64,000 bases of DNA from Gekko japonicus (lineage: Eukaryota). Below the pieces are notes generated by a model. It ran no database searches and was not told the origin of the DNA. It saw only the letters and a program-made list of their open reading frames with translations. Position 1 is the stretch's first letter; every line of letters starts with the position of its first letter. Shown here in pieces: positions 49,998 to 61,547 of the stretch. The DNA lies in assembly GCF_001447785.1 (NCBI RefSeq), contig NW_015168098.1:188789-252788 (forward strand), read 5' to 3'. A program made the translations under genes and the position numbers.

Positions 49998-50990
49998 TTA
50001 CAGACTTTTCCCTAAAACAAATTTGTTTCCTTTGAAAGTAGCCAGAACGTTTTCCATAATCATATCGCAGGTCTTTTGAACTGTCTTTCTCAGGGCCTCC
50101 TTGACAGAATCGTTCTTCAGAGTGAAGAGGAATGGGTTCAAGAAGGGGCAGACGATGGCGGTCAGAACGGCTGGCACCTTGTGGGCATCCAGGGTCTCTT
50201 TCTGTGAGGGAGTTACATAGGTGAAGATGGAGATCCCGCTGGAGATAGAGATCATTGTGAGGTGTGTGGCACAGGTGTTGAAGGCTTTAATCCGGCTGGT
50301 GGTGGTGGGGATGAGCAGAATTGTTGAAATGATACACGCATACGAAATCAGGGTCAGGACCACTGAACCAATGATCACAAGAGAGGACAGCATGAAATCC
50401 ATTAGCTCAATGAAACGGGTGTCGGTGCACGACAGCTCCAGCAGAGGTCCAGTGTCACAGAAGAAATGGTTGAGGCTGTTGGATCTGCAGAAGGACAACC
50501 TGCTAATCTGGATGGTGGGGCAGAGGACAGAGAGAAACCCACACAACCAAGAAGCCAGAACCATCTTGACACACACCTCGCCCCTCATGATGGTGTGATA
50601 ATGCAGAGGTTTACAAACTGCCACATAGCGATCGTAGGACATGGACGTCAAGAGCAAAAACTCCACGGTGCCCAACAAGAAGTAGAAGTAGAGCTGGGCC
50701 ATGCAGGCTGAGAAGGGAATAGATTTGTCACCGGAAAGGAGGTTCCACAAGAGCTGTGGACTGATGACGGAGGTGAACATGATGTCTAATACGGAGAAGT
50801 TACACAGGAAGAAATACATGGGAGTATGGAGCTGACTGTTTCCCAACACAAGGCAGAAGATTAGCATGTTGCCAGCCAGCGATGTGATGTACATAGCCAG
50901 AAAGACCAGAGCAAGCAGGATCTCTCCTTGGTGCCCAAGGGAGAACCCCAATAGGATGAATTTGGTCACAGTTCTGTTGAAGGTCTCCAT
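49998..50990 (-). CDS. Olfactory receptor, family-6-like, intact (330 aa)
   Basis: METFNRT; LHTPMYFFLCN, MSYDRYVAVCKPLHY, NHFFCD, KAFNTCATH, PFLNPFLFTLKN; probable acceptor ctctccacag upstream. Confidence 0.96.
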   Translation of the reverse strand: METFNRTVTKFILLGFSLGHQGEILLALVFLAMYITSLAGNMLIFCLVLGNSQLHTPMYFFLCNFSVLDIMFTSVISPQLLWNLLSGDKSIPFSACMAQLYFYFLLGTVEFLLLTSMSYDRYVAVCKPLHYHTIMRGEVCVKMVLASWLCGFLSVLCPTIQISRLSFCRSNSLNHFFCDTGPLLELSCTDTRFIELMDFMLSSLVIIGSVVLTLISYACIISTILLIPTTTSRIKAFNTCATHLTMISISSGISIFTYVTPSQKETLDAHKVPAVLTAIVCPFLNPFLFTLKNDSVKEALRKTVQKTCDMIMENVLATFKGNKFVLGKSL

Positions 50991-51307
50991 CTCTTGTCAC
51001 TTTTTGCCTGCGACTTAGTAAGGCCACCTGTGGAGAGAAGGCTGGTAGTTAAGGATTCCACAATCTCCAGATGGACTTGGTCAGAGCTCCAGGCTTTTGT
51101 GTTCACAAAGAGAATTGGAGAATCAATCGACTATTTCTGATTTCTGCTACTTTGGTTCTCTCCCATTTATAAAAATCTCAACCCAGGATTTTCTAGATCC
51201 TAATTTCTCATTTTCTCATCATCATCATCATCAATCAATCAGTTTGGTGTAGTGGTGAAGTGCATGGACTCTAATCTGGGATAACCAGGTTTGATTCCCC
51301 ACTTCTC

Positions 51308-52956
51308 TCTCTCTCTTTTTTTTTGTAAGTACCCAAGGGTACATTTTTATTGATTTTTTCATTATAAACTACAAACATACATAACAACAGACAAACACCT
51401 ACCTACAACTAAGAAACACAAAACATATAGCGAGAGGCTTATATTTAATATTATATCTTTGATTAACTATGTGTTAATTTTCTATCCTTTTATCTATCTT
51501 ACTGGCTTTTTCTTTTCTATGTTCTCAAATTTCCACAAATCAAGTTATTTCGCTTATAATATACCAGTCATAAAATCTCTTCCAAGTGTTCTGAAAAGTC
51601 CATTCAATTCCATCTCTCATCTCTAATGTCAGGTTATCATTCTCAGCCATTTCAAACAGTTTATTCACAAATTCTTGTTTCGTTGGAGTCTCCATTGTTT
51701 TCCAGTACTTAGCATATAAAATTCTTGCAGCTGTTTATAAGTGAACAATCAAATACCTGTCTGTTTTATCAAAATCTTTCGGAAATATATTCAGTAACAG
51801 TGTCTCTGGAGTAAAAGGAACCTTACATCTTATTATTTTTTGCATTATTTCATGTACCCATTTCCATAATCTTTTTGTTATATCACATAACCACCACATA
51901 TGATAAAAAGAACCAATCTTATTCTTATATTTCCAACATTTGTCTGAACAATTAACATTTTGTTTAGCTAGTCTGTCTGGTGTAATATACCATCTATAAA
52001 ACATTGTATACGTATTCTCTTTATAGGATACTGCATTAGTCAGTTTAACATTTTTCAGCCAAATCTGCTCCCATTCCTCTAGATTAATATTACGACCAAT
52101 GTTGTGGGCCCGTGCAATCATTTCCCCCCCCAAAAAAATTTCATCTATCATCACATCATCTAGTAAAATCTTATATAATTTATTTATCACTTTACTTTCT
52201 GCAGTTAATATAGTTTCTTCCAACTTAGTTATTTTATTATTAAATCCTAGCTTCTTGTCCTTCAGGTATATCGATTCCAATTGTGCTTTTCTCCACCCGG
52301 ATATCTGTTCTGGTATTTTAAGGTTATCTTTTTTATCCAAAATGTCCTGGTATCTTAACAGCTCTTCTCCTACATAAACATTCGGTAAAGTAAATGCCTC
52401 TAAAGGTATTATCAGTCTCAATCTTTTAGTATAAAAGTTTTTATGTATAAAGTCCCAGACCTTTAGTAATCCCGCTCTCAACCAGTGCTGCTTAAAATAC
52501 TTTTGGGAGCCTGCTTTCTCATACCATAAAAAAGCATTCCACCCTAACAGTAAGTCATGGCCTTCAATTTTCAAAAGTCTCTTATCTTCTAGTGTAATCC
52601 ATTCTTTAATCCATACCAGGGCTGCTGCTCTGTGATACAATAACCAGTTCGGAACGCCAAATCCTCCTCTTTCCTTTGCATCATGTAGCATTTCCAGTCT
52701 TATTCTTGCCCTTTCCCCTTGCCATATAAACTTAGATGTTAATTGGTCTAACTCTTTGAACAGCTTTTGATTTTGCAATATAGGGATAGTTTGAAATAGA
52801 AACATCCATCTAGGTAAAATATTCATTTTTATTGTAGCTATTCTTCCCATCATAGAGAGTTGCAGGTTTTTCCATTTTTCTAAATCTTGTTTAGTTGCTT
52901 GTAATAATGTTTTATAGTACATTTTCTGTGTATTACATTTATTTGTGACAATAATA
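51308..52956 (-). mobile_element. L1-clade LINE, 5'-truncated ORF2 C-terminal half
   Basis: LSMMGRIATIKMNILPRWMFLFQTIP, KERGGFGVPN, CWK...HMWWLC; poly(T) at ~51316-51324 on the plus strand. Confidence 0.9.
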
Positions 52957-53207
52957 AGGTTCCACAACAGTTGTGGATTGATGACGGAGGTGAACACGAT
53001 GTCTAATACCGAGAAGTTACACAGGAAGAAATACATGGGAGTATGGAGCTGACTGTTTCCCAACACAAGGCAGAAGATTAGCATGTTGCCAGCCAGCGAT
53101 GTGATGTACCTAGCTAGAAAGACCAGAGCAAGCAGGATCTCTCCTTGGTGCACAAGGGAGAAACCCAATAGGATGAATTTGGTCACAGTTCTGTTGAAGG
53201 TCTCCAT
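51735..53207 (-). pseudogene. Chimeric ORF: OR N-terminus (TM1-TM2, ~84 aa; 52957-53207) fused in frame to L1 ORF2 (~405 aa)
   Basis: METFNRT...LHTPMYFFLCNFSVLDIVFTSVINPQLLWNL|IIVTNKCN...; 490-aa open frame. Confidence 0.8.
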
Positions 53208-53431
53208 CTCTTGTCACTTTTTGCCTGCGACTTAGTAAGGCCACCTGTGGAGAGAAGGCTGGTAGTTAAGGATTCCACAATCTCCAGATGGACTTTGTCA
53301 GAGCTCCAGGCTTTTGTGTTCACAAAGAGAATTGGAGAATCAATCAACTATTTCTGATTTCTGCTACTTTTGTTCTCTCCCATTTATAAACATCTCAACC
53401 CAGGATTTTCTAGATCCTAATTTCTCATTTT

Positions 53432-53475
<44 letters not shown>
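53432..53475. repeat. (CAT)n microsatellite, expanded relative to the paralog at ~51216-51232
   Basis: Directly visible. Confidence 0.95.
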
Positions 53476-53477
<2 letters not shown>

Positions 53478-54825
53478 ATCAATCAGTTTGGTGTAGTGGT
53501 GAAGTGCACGGACTCTACTCTGGGAGGACCGGGTTTGATTCCCCACTTCTCCACTTGCACCTGGCTGGGTGACCTTGGGCAAGTCGTAGTTCTGATAAAA
53601 AGAGCTTTTGGGAAGACATTAGAGAGAGGTTGCGTTCATCCACATTATTGGCATTCCTCGCTGTGTCACAGCAAGAGACTGGTGACAAACGCCAACTGAG
53701 AGAGAGAGTTGAAAAAGACATACGAAACCACTGTTTAATCTTCACAAAGTGTGTTCTCTTTATCTTTTACATTCCTCAGAACTACATGTTTTCAAATGGA
53801 GGAGTGATAAACACTGTTCAGGAACTCATATAATGAGGACTTCTCAGTTTGCTTTGCACACTTTATAGCTCCGTCAGGACGTCTCAAAGAGTAAACATGC
53901 CAGGAGCTCAGCCAAAACAACGTCAAGAATAACTACATCAAGATTTTGTATTGTTTTGTATTGTACTCATATTATCATTTACTGGTTTTGCTTATGTTCA
54001 TAAAATGTACTTCATATATAATGAATGAATGCTACTTAATAGAGGAGATTTGTTATAAGGAGATTTGTTATAATAATACAACTATGTGTGTTAAAGATAT
54101 AGAAGAGTAACTTTCCTTTGTGCGCCCTATTTTTCCTATTGTAGTTCTGACAAGAGCTGTCCCTGAAAAAGAGCAGTTTCTGTCAGAGCCAGTTTGGTGT
54201 AGTGGTTAAGTGTGCGGACTCTAATCTGGGAGAACCGTGTTTGATTCCCCACTCCTCCACTTGCACCTGCTGATGTGACCTTGGGTCAGTCACAAGCTCT
54301 GGCACAGCTGTCCTTGAAAAAGGCCCAACAAGCGGCCTTCGGAAACTGCAGAGGGTAGTGCTCTTCGTCTTGAGAGCATAATTGCTCGTCCATACTTTGG
54401 GACTGTTAAGATGAACAAATAGATAGGAATTGTGAAGCTTGGAGGAATCCCAATATAAAGGGAAGAACAAACCCTCCTAACTCTGCATATAGTACTCTTT
54501 ACAGCTGTCTTCATAATTTTTAAAATGATTTTACAAGCTGAAGGCCATCCTAGAGCAGCAATTACATTTTCTGGGCATTGCATGACATTCAGTTCTTCTT
54601 CTGTTCCTTGTTTCCACCCACCAGAGAAATTATCATGCTTCATATAGAACAGGAGGCTGTTATTCTCGGGGGGGGGGGATATTTCAAGTCTCATGTGCAG
54701 AGCCAAAATCCAGGCTCTAGCTTTGATGGAGTGTCGGCCCACTTCTAACCTGAGGACTGTACCTGCTACATATTTCAGTACTCCACAGATCTAATGTAAG
54801 AACTGTGTTAACAGTTGATCTTTGG

Positions 54826-55504
54826 GGTTTTGGGGGGGGGGTTGTAAACATTTTATTTTTAGGATATATTCAACAAAGTCCAACATTTGTATTACACTTC
54901 TTATCCCTTTATATCCTACCCTCCTCCCTTTCCCCCCCTATGTATGGATTCCCACAATGCTACAACCTCCTGCATATCCTTAGGTTACTCTTAAGTACTC
55001 CTCGTTATCTCTACATATTCAACAGGTAACTCAATAGTTATCAAAGCAAAATAAATTGTCTCTCACATCCCAATATTTTTCCAAGTATTCTTTTAAATCT
55101 TTCCAGTCTTCAAAAAAGTCTTCTGCTGCCATGTTATTCAATTTCCTTGTAATCGTATCCATTTCAACCATGAAAAGTAGTTTTTTAATCCATTCTCCAA
55201 TTCCAGGAACTTCCTCCTGTTTCCAACTTTGTGCATATATCATTCTAGCATGTAACAATCATGTACCACATAGGCGTCCTTTTTGCCACATTAACCTCTT
55301 CCATTTTGAGCCCCAAAAGTAATATTTCTGGCTCTTTTTTAAATTTGCAGTTAACTATTTTTTCCATCTCTGCATGAATCTCAACCCAAAACTTCTTTGC
55401 TTTTTCAAATTTCCACCACATGTGGTAAAACGAGCCTTCTACTTTTTTACATTTCCAACATTTACTCGACATTTTTGTATTCATATTTGCAATCTTTTTT
55501 GGAG
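54826..55504 (-). mobile_element. L1-clade LINE 3' fragment, unit-2 specific
   Basis: KCWKCKKVEGSFYHMWW; 17-bp TSD taacagttgatctttgg at 54809-54825 and 55505-55521; empty site at ~45860-45880. Confidence 0.88.
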
Positions 55505-57261
55505 TAACAGTTGATCTTTGGTTTTATCTGTTTTATGCATCCAGACTGCTGCTCCATATAATATTTGAGGTATCATCTAGGTGTTGAAAACTGTAATTGC
55601 AGCTGGCAGTTATTGACCACCTAAAGGCAGTCTAAACCACTGTTTGTTACCATATGGCAACCCTTCATTACTAATTCACAGATTTGTTCATAATTGTCCC
55701 CCCCCCTTTCTAATGTTGTAATCTTTGAACTTATGTTCTTTATTGTGGTTTNNNNNNNNNNNNNNNNNNNNNNNNNNNNNNNNNNNNNNNNNNNNNNNNN
55801 NNNNNNNNNNNNNNNNNNNNNNNNNNNNNNNNNNNNNNNNNNNNNNNNNNNNNNNNNNNNNNNNNNNNNNNNNNNNNNNNNNNNNNNNNNNNNNNNNNNN
55901 NNNNNNNNNNNNNNNNNNNNNNNAGGTTGCTTGCAATCACATCCTATCCTTAAAATACAGATTTTCCATAAAAACAGATACCCAGTCTTTTGCGAGCCTA
56001 TGAAAAGCAGATAGACGGCATGCATAGGCAGAGAACTCTGAGCAGTACCAAAATTTCACCTTGACATTATACTTACTGGTACCACTCAGTAGAAGAAACC
56101 CGTTCTGGATGTAATGAAGCCAGCATAGGCATTGCGAAATGGGAGGGATGCCTATGGTTTTATAGTTATGATAACTCAGTGAATACTGTTCTTCACATTC
56201 TATGGTAGTAGACTTCTGGGGAAATATTGGTGTTCGGGGGGGGGCTCTTTTATAATCACACAGGGTGCACCTCTGAGATTAAGTTATATTTCTTTCCCCA
56301 AAGAATACAGAAATGTATTACTGGTCCAAAACCATTAGTCTGGTACCAGGGATTGGATCCCACCAGAATACTTTGACTAATGACTGGCTAAATGAAATAC
56401 TTCTCACTCTGTAGGGTAAGTTGCACAAAATATTCAACCTATGGTTAAAGAATTGCATTCATACTCTTTATTTAACGTGTGTTACTTTTTATTGAACTGT
56501 GTATCATACCCTGTCTTAGAGACCAAAAGAGTAATTTACATTAAGGGGAGGGGGGGCAAAACAAGTGTCTGACAACATTTTGCTATTTATTATTTAAATT
56601 GCCCTCCATCGTCTGCGCACACCCCCTTATTATTTTCACAACAGACTTGCAGAGTATGTTAGGCTGAGATATGGCTGATGGCCCAAAGACACCCACTTTG
56701 CTTCATAGCAGGTCCCCTCAGTCCTGCTCAGATACTTTGATCACTTTACCCCATTGGCTCTCTTCTAGGTTTTGGTCTTGGTTCTGTGCCATCAAGTCAC
56801 AGCTGACTTACAGCAACCCTGCAGGGTTTTCAAGGAAAGAGACATTCAGAGGTGGTTTTGCCCAATGCCTGCCTCTGGATAACAACTCTGGAGTTCCTTG
56901 GTGGTCTCCCAGCCAATAGTTTTTATTCGAGAGCTATTATTGCTTTAAATGCTGTATGAAATTGGAATTTGGGTGACATTGGTGGTTTAAGTTGCAATGT
57001 GAACCTTAAGGGAGTTATGGGATGGTTGTGAATGGTTGTGTGAGTGTATGAGTATGGTTGTAGATCACCGAATGATTGCACCTTTAATTTCATTGTACTA
57101 TGTACAATTACAATAAAGTATATTATTGTTGTTGTTGTTGTTGTTGTTGTTCTTGTTGTTGTCCAGGACTGACCCTGCTTAGCTTCTGAGATCTGATGAG
57201 ATTGAGCTTCTCTTCTCTTCTTTGCTCTGTTCTGTATGCTGAACATAATAATGGCCTACAG

Positions 57262-58426
57262 CAGGGGTGGCCAAACTTGCTTAATGTAAGAGCCACATAG
57301 CATAAACGTCAGATGGCTGAGAGCTGCAAGACACAAACAACTAGTACACACACATTTTTATTGGAATACATGCAAATTTGCTCTGTACTAACATTAAATG
57401 AGACTGCCGAAAATAAAAACAAAAGGGGTAAAAACAGATATTGATAATGATATTTATTTGTCCGATGATATTTGTTTGTTTGCTAATGATATTTATTTGT
57501 CTAAGTGAGAGAGAAAGAGAGAGAGGTGGAAAGAAAGAATGAAAGAGGTGGAAAGAAAGAGAGAGAGAGGCAAAGAAAGGAAATAAATGGGGGGAGGGGG
57601 AGGAAGGAAGGAAGAGAGAGAGAAAGGGAGAAAGAGAAAGAAAGGTGGAAAGAAAGTACCGTAAATAGATGGGGAGGGAGGGAGGAAGGAAGGAAGAGAG
57701 AGAGGGAGGAAGAGAGCCAATAGATGAGGGAGGACAGAAGGAAGGAAGAGAAAGAGAAAGGTGGAAAGAATAAAAGAGATGGAAAGAAAGAAGGAAAGAG
57801 AGAAAGAGAGAGAAACAGAAACAAAGAAAGCAAATAAAGGGGGGAAGGAGGAAGGGANNNNNNNNNNNGAGAAAAAGAGAGAGAAAGAAAAAGAGAGAGA
57901 GTAGAGAGAGGAAGGAAGGAAGGAAGGAAGGAAGGAAGGAAGGAAGGAAGGAAGGAAGGAAAAAGAAGTGGAAAGAAAGTAAATAGATGGGGGAGGGAGG
58001 GATGGAGGGGAAAAGAGAGAAAGAGAGAGAGGTAGAAATAAAACAAATAAATGGGGAGGGGGAGGGGAAGGGAGGGAGAAGTGTAAGGGGTAACTTTAAA
58101 TGTGTCCTCCAATACCCTCCCACACACACACATCCCTATGCCAGCTGACTTGGCTTGGAGAAGGGATTTAAAGAGACATATTCCTTCTCCAAGCCAGCTG
58201 GAGATGGTGTATGTGTGCTTTGAGAATGCATTTAAAGTTAAAGTTGTTTTCTTTTTCTGCTCCCGCCCCCCAAGCCTACTCAGGAAGGGGAACACTGACT
58301 GCGGAAGGGAAGACTGATCAGGGAGGCATGCCTCCCCTTCTGTTCCCCAGCCGTCCTTCCAGGAGCCACATAATATGTGTGAAAGAAGCTGCATGTGGCT
58401 CCTGAGCCACAGTTTGGCCACCCCTA
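57262..58426. mobile_element. hAT MITE carrying a long GA-rich tract (truncated paralog from 47394)
   Basis: TIRs caggggtggccaaact / agtttggccaccccta; 8-bp TSD gcctacag at 57254-57261 and 58427-58434. Confidence 0.85.
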
Positions 58427-58619
58427 GCCTACAGCAACCATTAGATAAGGATAGTGATCCAGTAGAGGTCAAAACAAGCTACCTTCTCCTAGATCTCTCA
58501 CCGGGCCCACCATATTTGGCCATCTAGCTTCTTTCCCTGGTCTCAAAGTATACACATTCAGAAGCAGATACCATGGCATATCCTCCATTTCCCAGTCTTC
58601 TTTACTGGGAAAAGGAACA

Positions 58620-58805
58620 GGCTAGTCTGATTTTGTCCAATTTCAGAACTGAAGCAAATTGACCATGGTTAATACTTGGATGGGAGACCAAGAAGTCCCG
58701 GGTTTCTACATAGGCAGGCAATGGCCAACCATCCTTGATTGTCTCTTGCCTTGAACAACCGACTGGGTTGCCATAAATCAGCTGCGACCTGACAACATTT
58801 TCCAG
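58620..58805 (+). mobile_element. 5S-derived SINE
   Basis: ggttaatacttggatgggagacc...ggcaggcaatggccaacca. Confidence 0.65.
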
Positions 58806-58821
58806 CGCCACTGGCCCAGTC

Positions 58822-59997
58822 TGTATAATAAAGCCTTAATGTGCAGAAATGAACAGTTGAAGCTGTCAAGGTTTCTCTCTCTCACCCCAGTCCAGGAGAG
58901 AAACCAAGCGTTCAGGAACAATTAAACAAATGCCAGGATAATGTCTGTACACTCTCTAGGCCTTACCACTTGTCACTGCCACCAGGATCTCTTTAACCAG
59001 TCCCGCAACAAAACTCAGGAGCGGTGATCCCAAACTCCTTGCTTTATGGGACTGACCCATGTTACCAGCTCTGTACCAGGGCTGCAAACAATTAATTAAC
59101 ACAATGGTAGCCTCCTTAACCGAACAGCTTAGACACAAGATTCAGTCTTAGAGGTCAGGTTGCAACAGAGAAAACAGGTCCAGATAATATTGATTATATA
59201 TTATCTTTATTCAGTGCACAAGCATGCATATAACATGAGACTAGCAAAAGATAAGAAACAAAAGATATCTATAGCTTGTTCAGCTTTAGCTATACAATAG
59301 AAGTATGTCATAGTTACCAGGCTGGTGTGCAAATAGTCCAAGGTCTCACCAGGGAATCTTGAAGAGAAAACCCATGGTTTTGTGGGCAGCTAGTGCAGCT
59401 TGGCTGCCTAACAGTCTCACTCCATGTTAACAGCAAACAGACAGTCCAAAATAACTCTTTGTTTTCCAGAGAGGAATTCCCTTAACTCTCCTCTCTCTTG
59501 TTTCCCATATGGATCATTGCAGATATACCCCCCCTCCGTCACCACCAGGTATGGCCATTTACCCAATAGTGAGAGAGTGGGAGGGCGTTCCAATCTCTGG
59601 TTACCATGCATTGTCAGGGAGGGTATGTTTTGATTGGCTAGGAGTTGGACATCCCACTCCAGCCTCTTCTACTGGCCATGTGTCATGTCAGGGAATGCTT
59701 TTGATGTGCTAATGTACTGGGCGTAGCCCATGCTTGGGAAGGCAAGTTGCTCTCTCTTGGCAGAGGTGTCAAAGTGTCTTGTATATGATGGCCTGGCCAT
59801 CTAGCAAGCCATTTGCACAGGTGACAGGAATCACGCAGTAATGTTACCAGCGAGGGCCATCTGGCCCAAGCAGGGAGGATTTTAGAAAAGCCTTTTTCTA
59901 TACAGAAGCTTTTCATGGGATGGAGCTGAATAACATCATCTAGTCTTTGCTGCTTGTCAAATAGTTGTTAAAGAGCAGCTAGAGGGCCAGTTTAACA
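58822..59997 (-). mobile_element. Putative solo ERV LTR
   Basis: Minus-strand termini TGTTA...TTATACA match those of the 48050 LTR; minus-strand AATAAA at ~59206; no clean TSD. Confidence 0.4.
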
Positions 59998-60503
59998 GTC
60001 GGCAACACTAAATCCTGGGGACCGCTTTTGCCTTTTAGGAATAATTCTTGACTATTAAATTAGTCACCACAGGTGGCAAAGAGACAGTGAACTACTGTGT
60101 AACTGAAGGCTTGGGACAAATTGAAAATAACGATCCCTGATTTATTTATTTATTTGCTTTTTAAAGTGAAGTTGAATGCAGCTATGCTGGCAGTCATAAA
60201 GAAAATTACCTGACATAGACTATGAACTCACATACTAATGATGAGTTGGCATTACACAAACACTTCCTGAATGATCAGTGGAATTCAGAAACCGAGGACT
60301 GATAGCAGAGGTGGATTAAACATTTCCTGACCTGCTGATGAACTGCAGCCACATAACCTCTCACATCTGACTTCATGAAAGATAACATGAGAGCCCTGTG
60401 CATCCTTTTTTGACCTATGACGGCTGCCTCCCACATTGCAAACTAGTACAAGTGTTGCAGTCATTGAATATTGCTGGGAATATGAATATTGGTGTGAATT
60501 TAC

Positions 60504-60578
60504 AGGAAGGAAGGAAGGAAGGAAGGAAGGAAGGAAGGAAGGAAGGAAGGAAGGAAGGAAGGAAGGAAGGAAGGAAGG
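60504..60578. repeat. (GGAA)n microsatellite
   Basis: Directly visible. Confidence 0.95.
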
Positions 60579-61547
60579 ACTTCCAGTACTATCTCAAAGA
60601 AGCAGTCAGTCATATACTACAAGACACCCAGACCAGGTTCACACAGGCATAGGACTTAGATGATGATGGAAGTGCGTGTGAATGGTTAAACACAAGGGTA
60701 TGCATTTGGATATGCCTGAGCTGAAAATTATACGTAAATTAGCTGTTTGGGGTGGCTCAAGGGACACCCGAAATTATGCAAAACACTCTCGAAATTCAAA
60801 GAGTGATAATTTATCTCCTGGAATTTGGGGATTGTTTTGGGGTAGTGTATAAGTGAGGAAGGATAGACAGGAAGCCAGCTAACAAATTCATTTTCAGTCC
60901 TTTCAATCAAGTTCAGTTCACCATCCTAGCCAGAATAACATTCCGTTTATCAAATTTATTTATTTTTACTGTGCAGCATGCAGGTTACTTTACTGAACTA
61001 CACACATCCATTTAGTTTTCCCAACCACTCCTTTATTTGGATGCAGACAGAATTTTCATATCACTGCTAACACAATCGTTTACAATGGAATCTGACCAAA
61101 CAGTCATTTGTGACAGTTGAGTGTTGAGTAATCATCGACTGATAGCTGGGTGTATGTGAAACAATCAAAAGATGTCAAAACAGCCCAGTGGGAACATCAG
61201 CTTTTATCCTACCACCCTGCTCAGGCAAGTTTGAAGATTCCCTCGAACCTAAGAAGACTTCTTCTGATGGTTCTTCTGAACCTCTTCCATTAGCAAAAGA
61301 CTTCTTATGCCAACAGAAGGCTTCAAAATTGATTAAGATGCATAGTAGGCTACAAGCCATCCAGTGAATTCACCTTTCAAAAAGAAGCAGGATTCCATTG
61401 CTTCTGGAAGCATCCAGACAGAAGTTAATCCTGCTTTGCCTCGAAGGAAGAAGAGTTCACATCTTTCCCACCTAAGGACTTGAAGGATCCAAGGTCTAGT
61501 TTCACAGTATCCTACTGTCTGTTTCTAACAGCAGTATCACTCATTCA

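Larger units (their letters stand above)
49745..57960. repeat. Tandem segmental duplication, unit 2
   Basis: Begins atgaacatccatgaag as at 41184; collinear with unit 1 apart from differential TE insertions. Confidence 0.9.

Noticed and set aside
53314-53496. Poly-histidine ORF
   Set aside because: Translation of a (CAT)n microsatellite that is shorter in the paralog.
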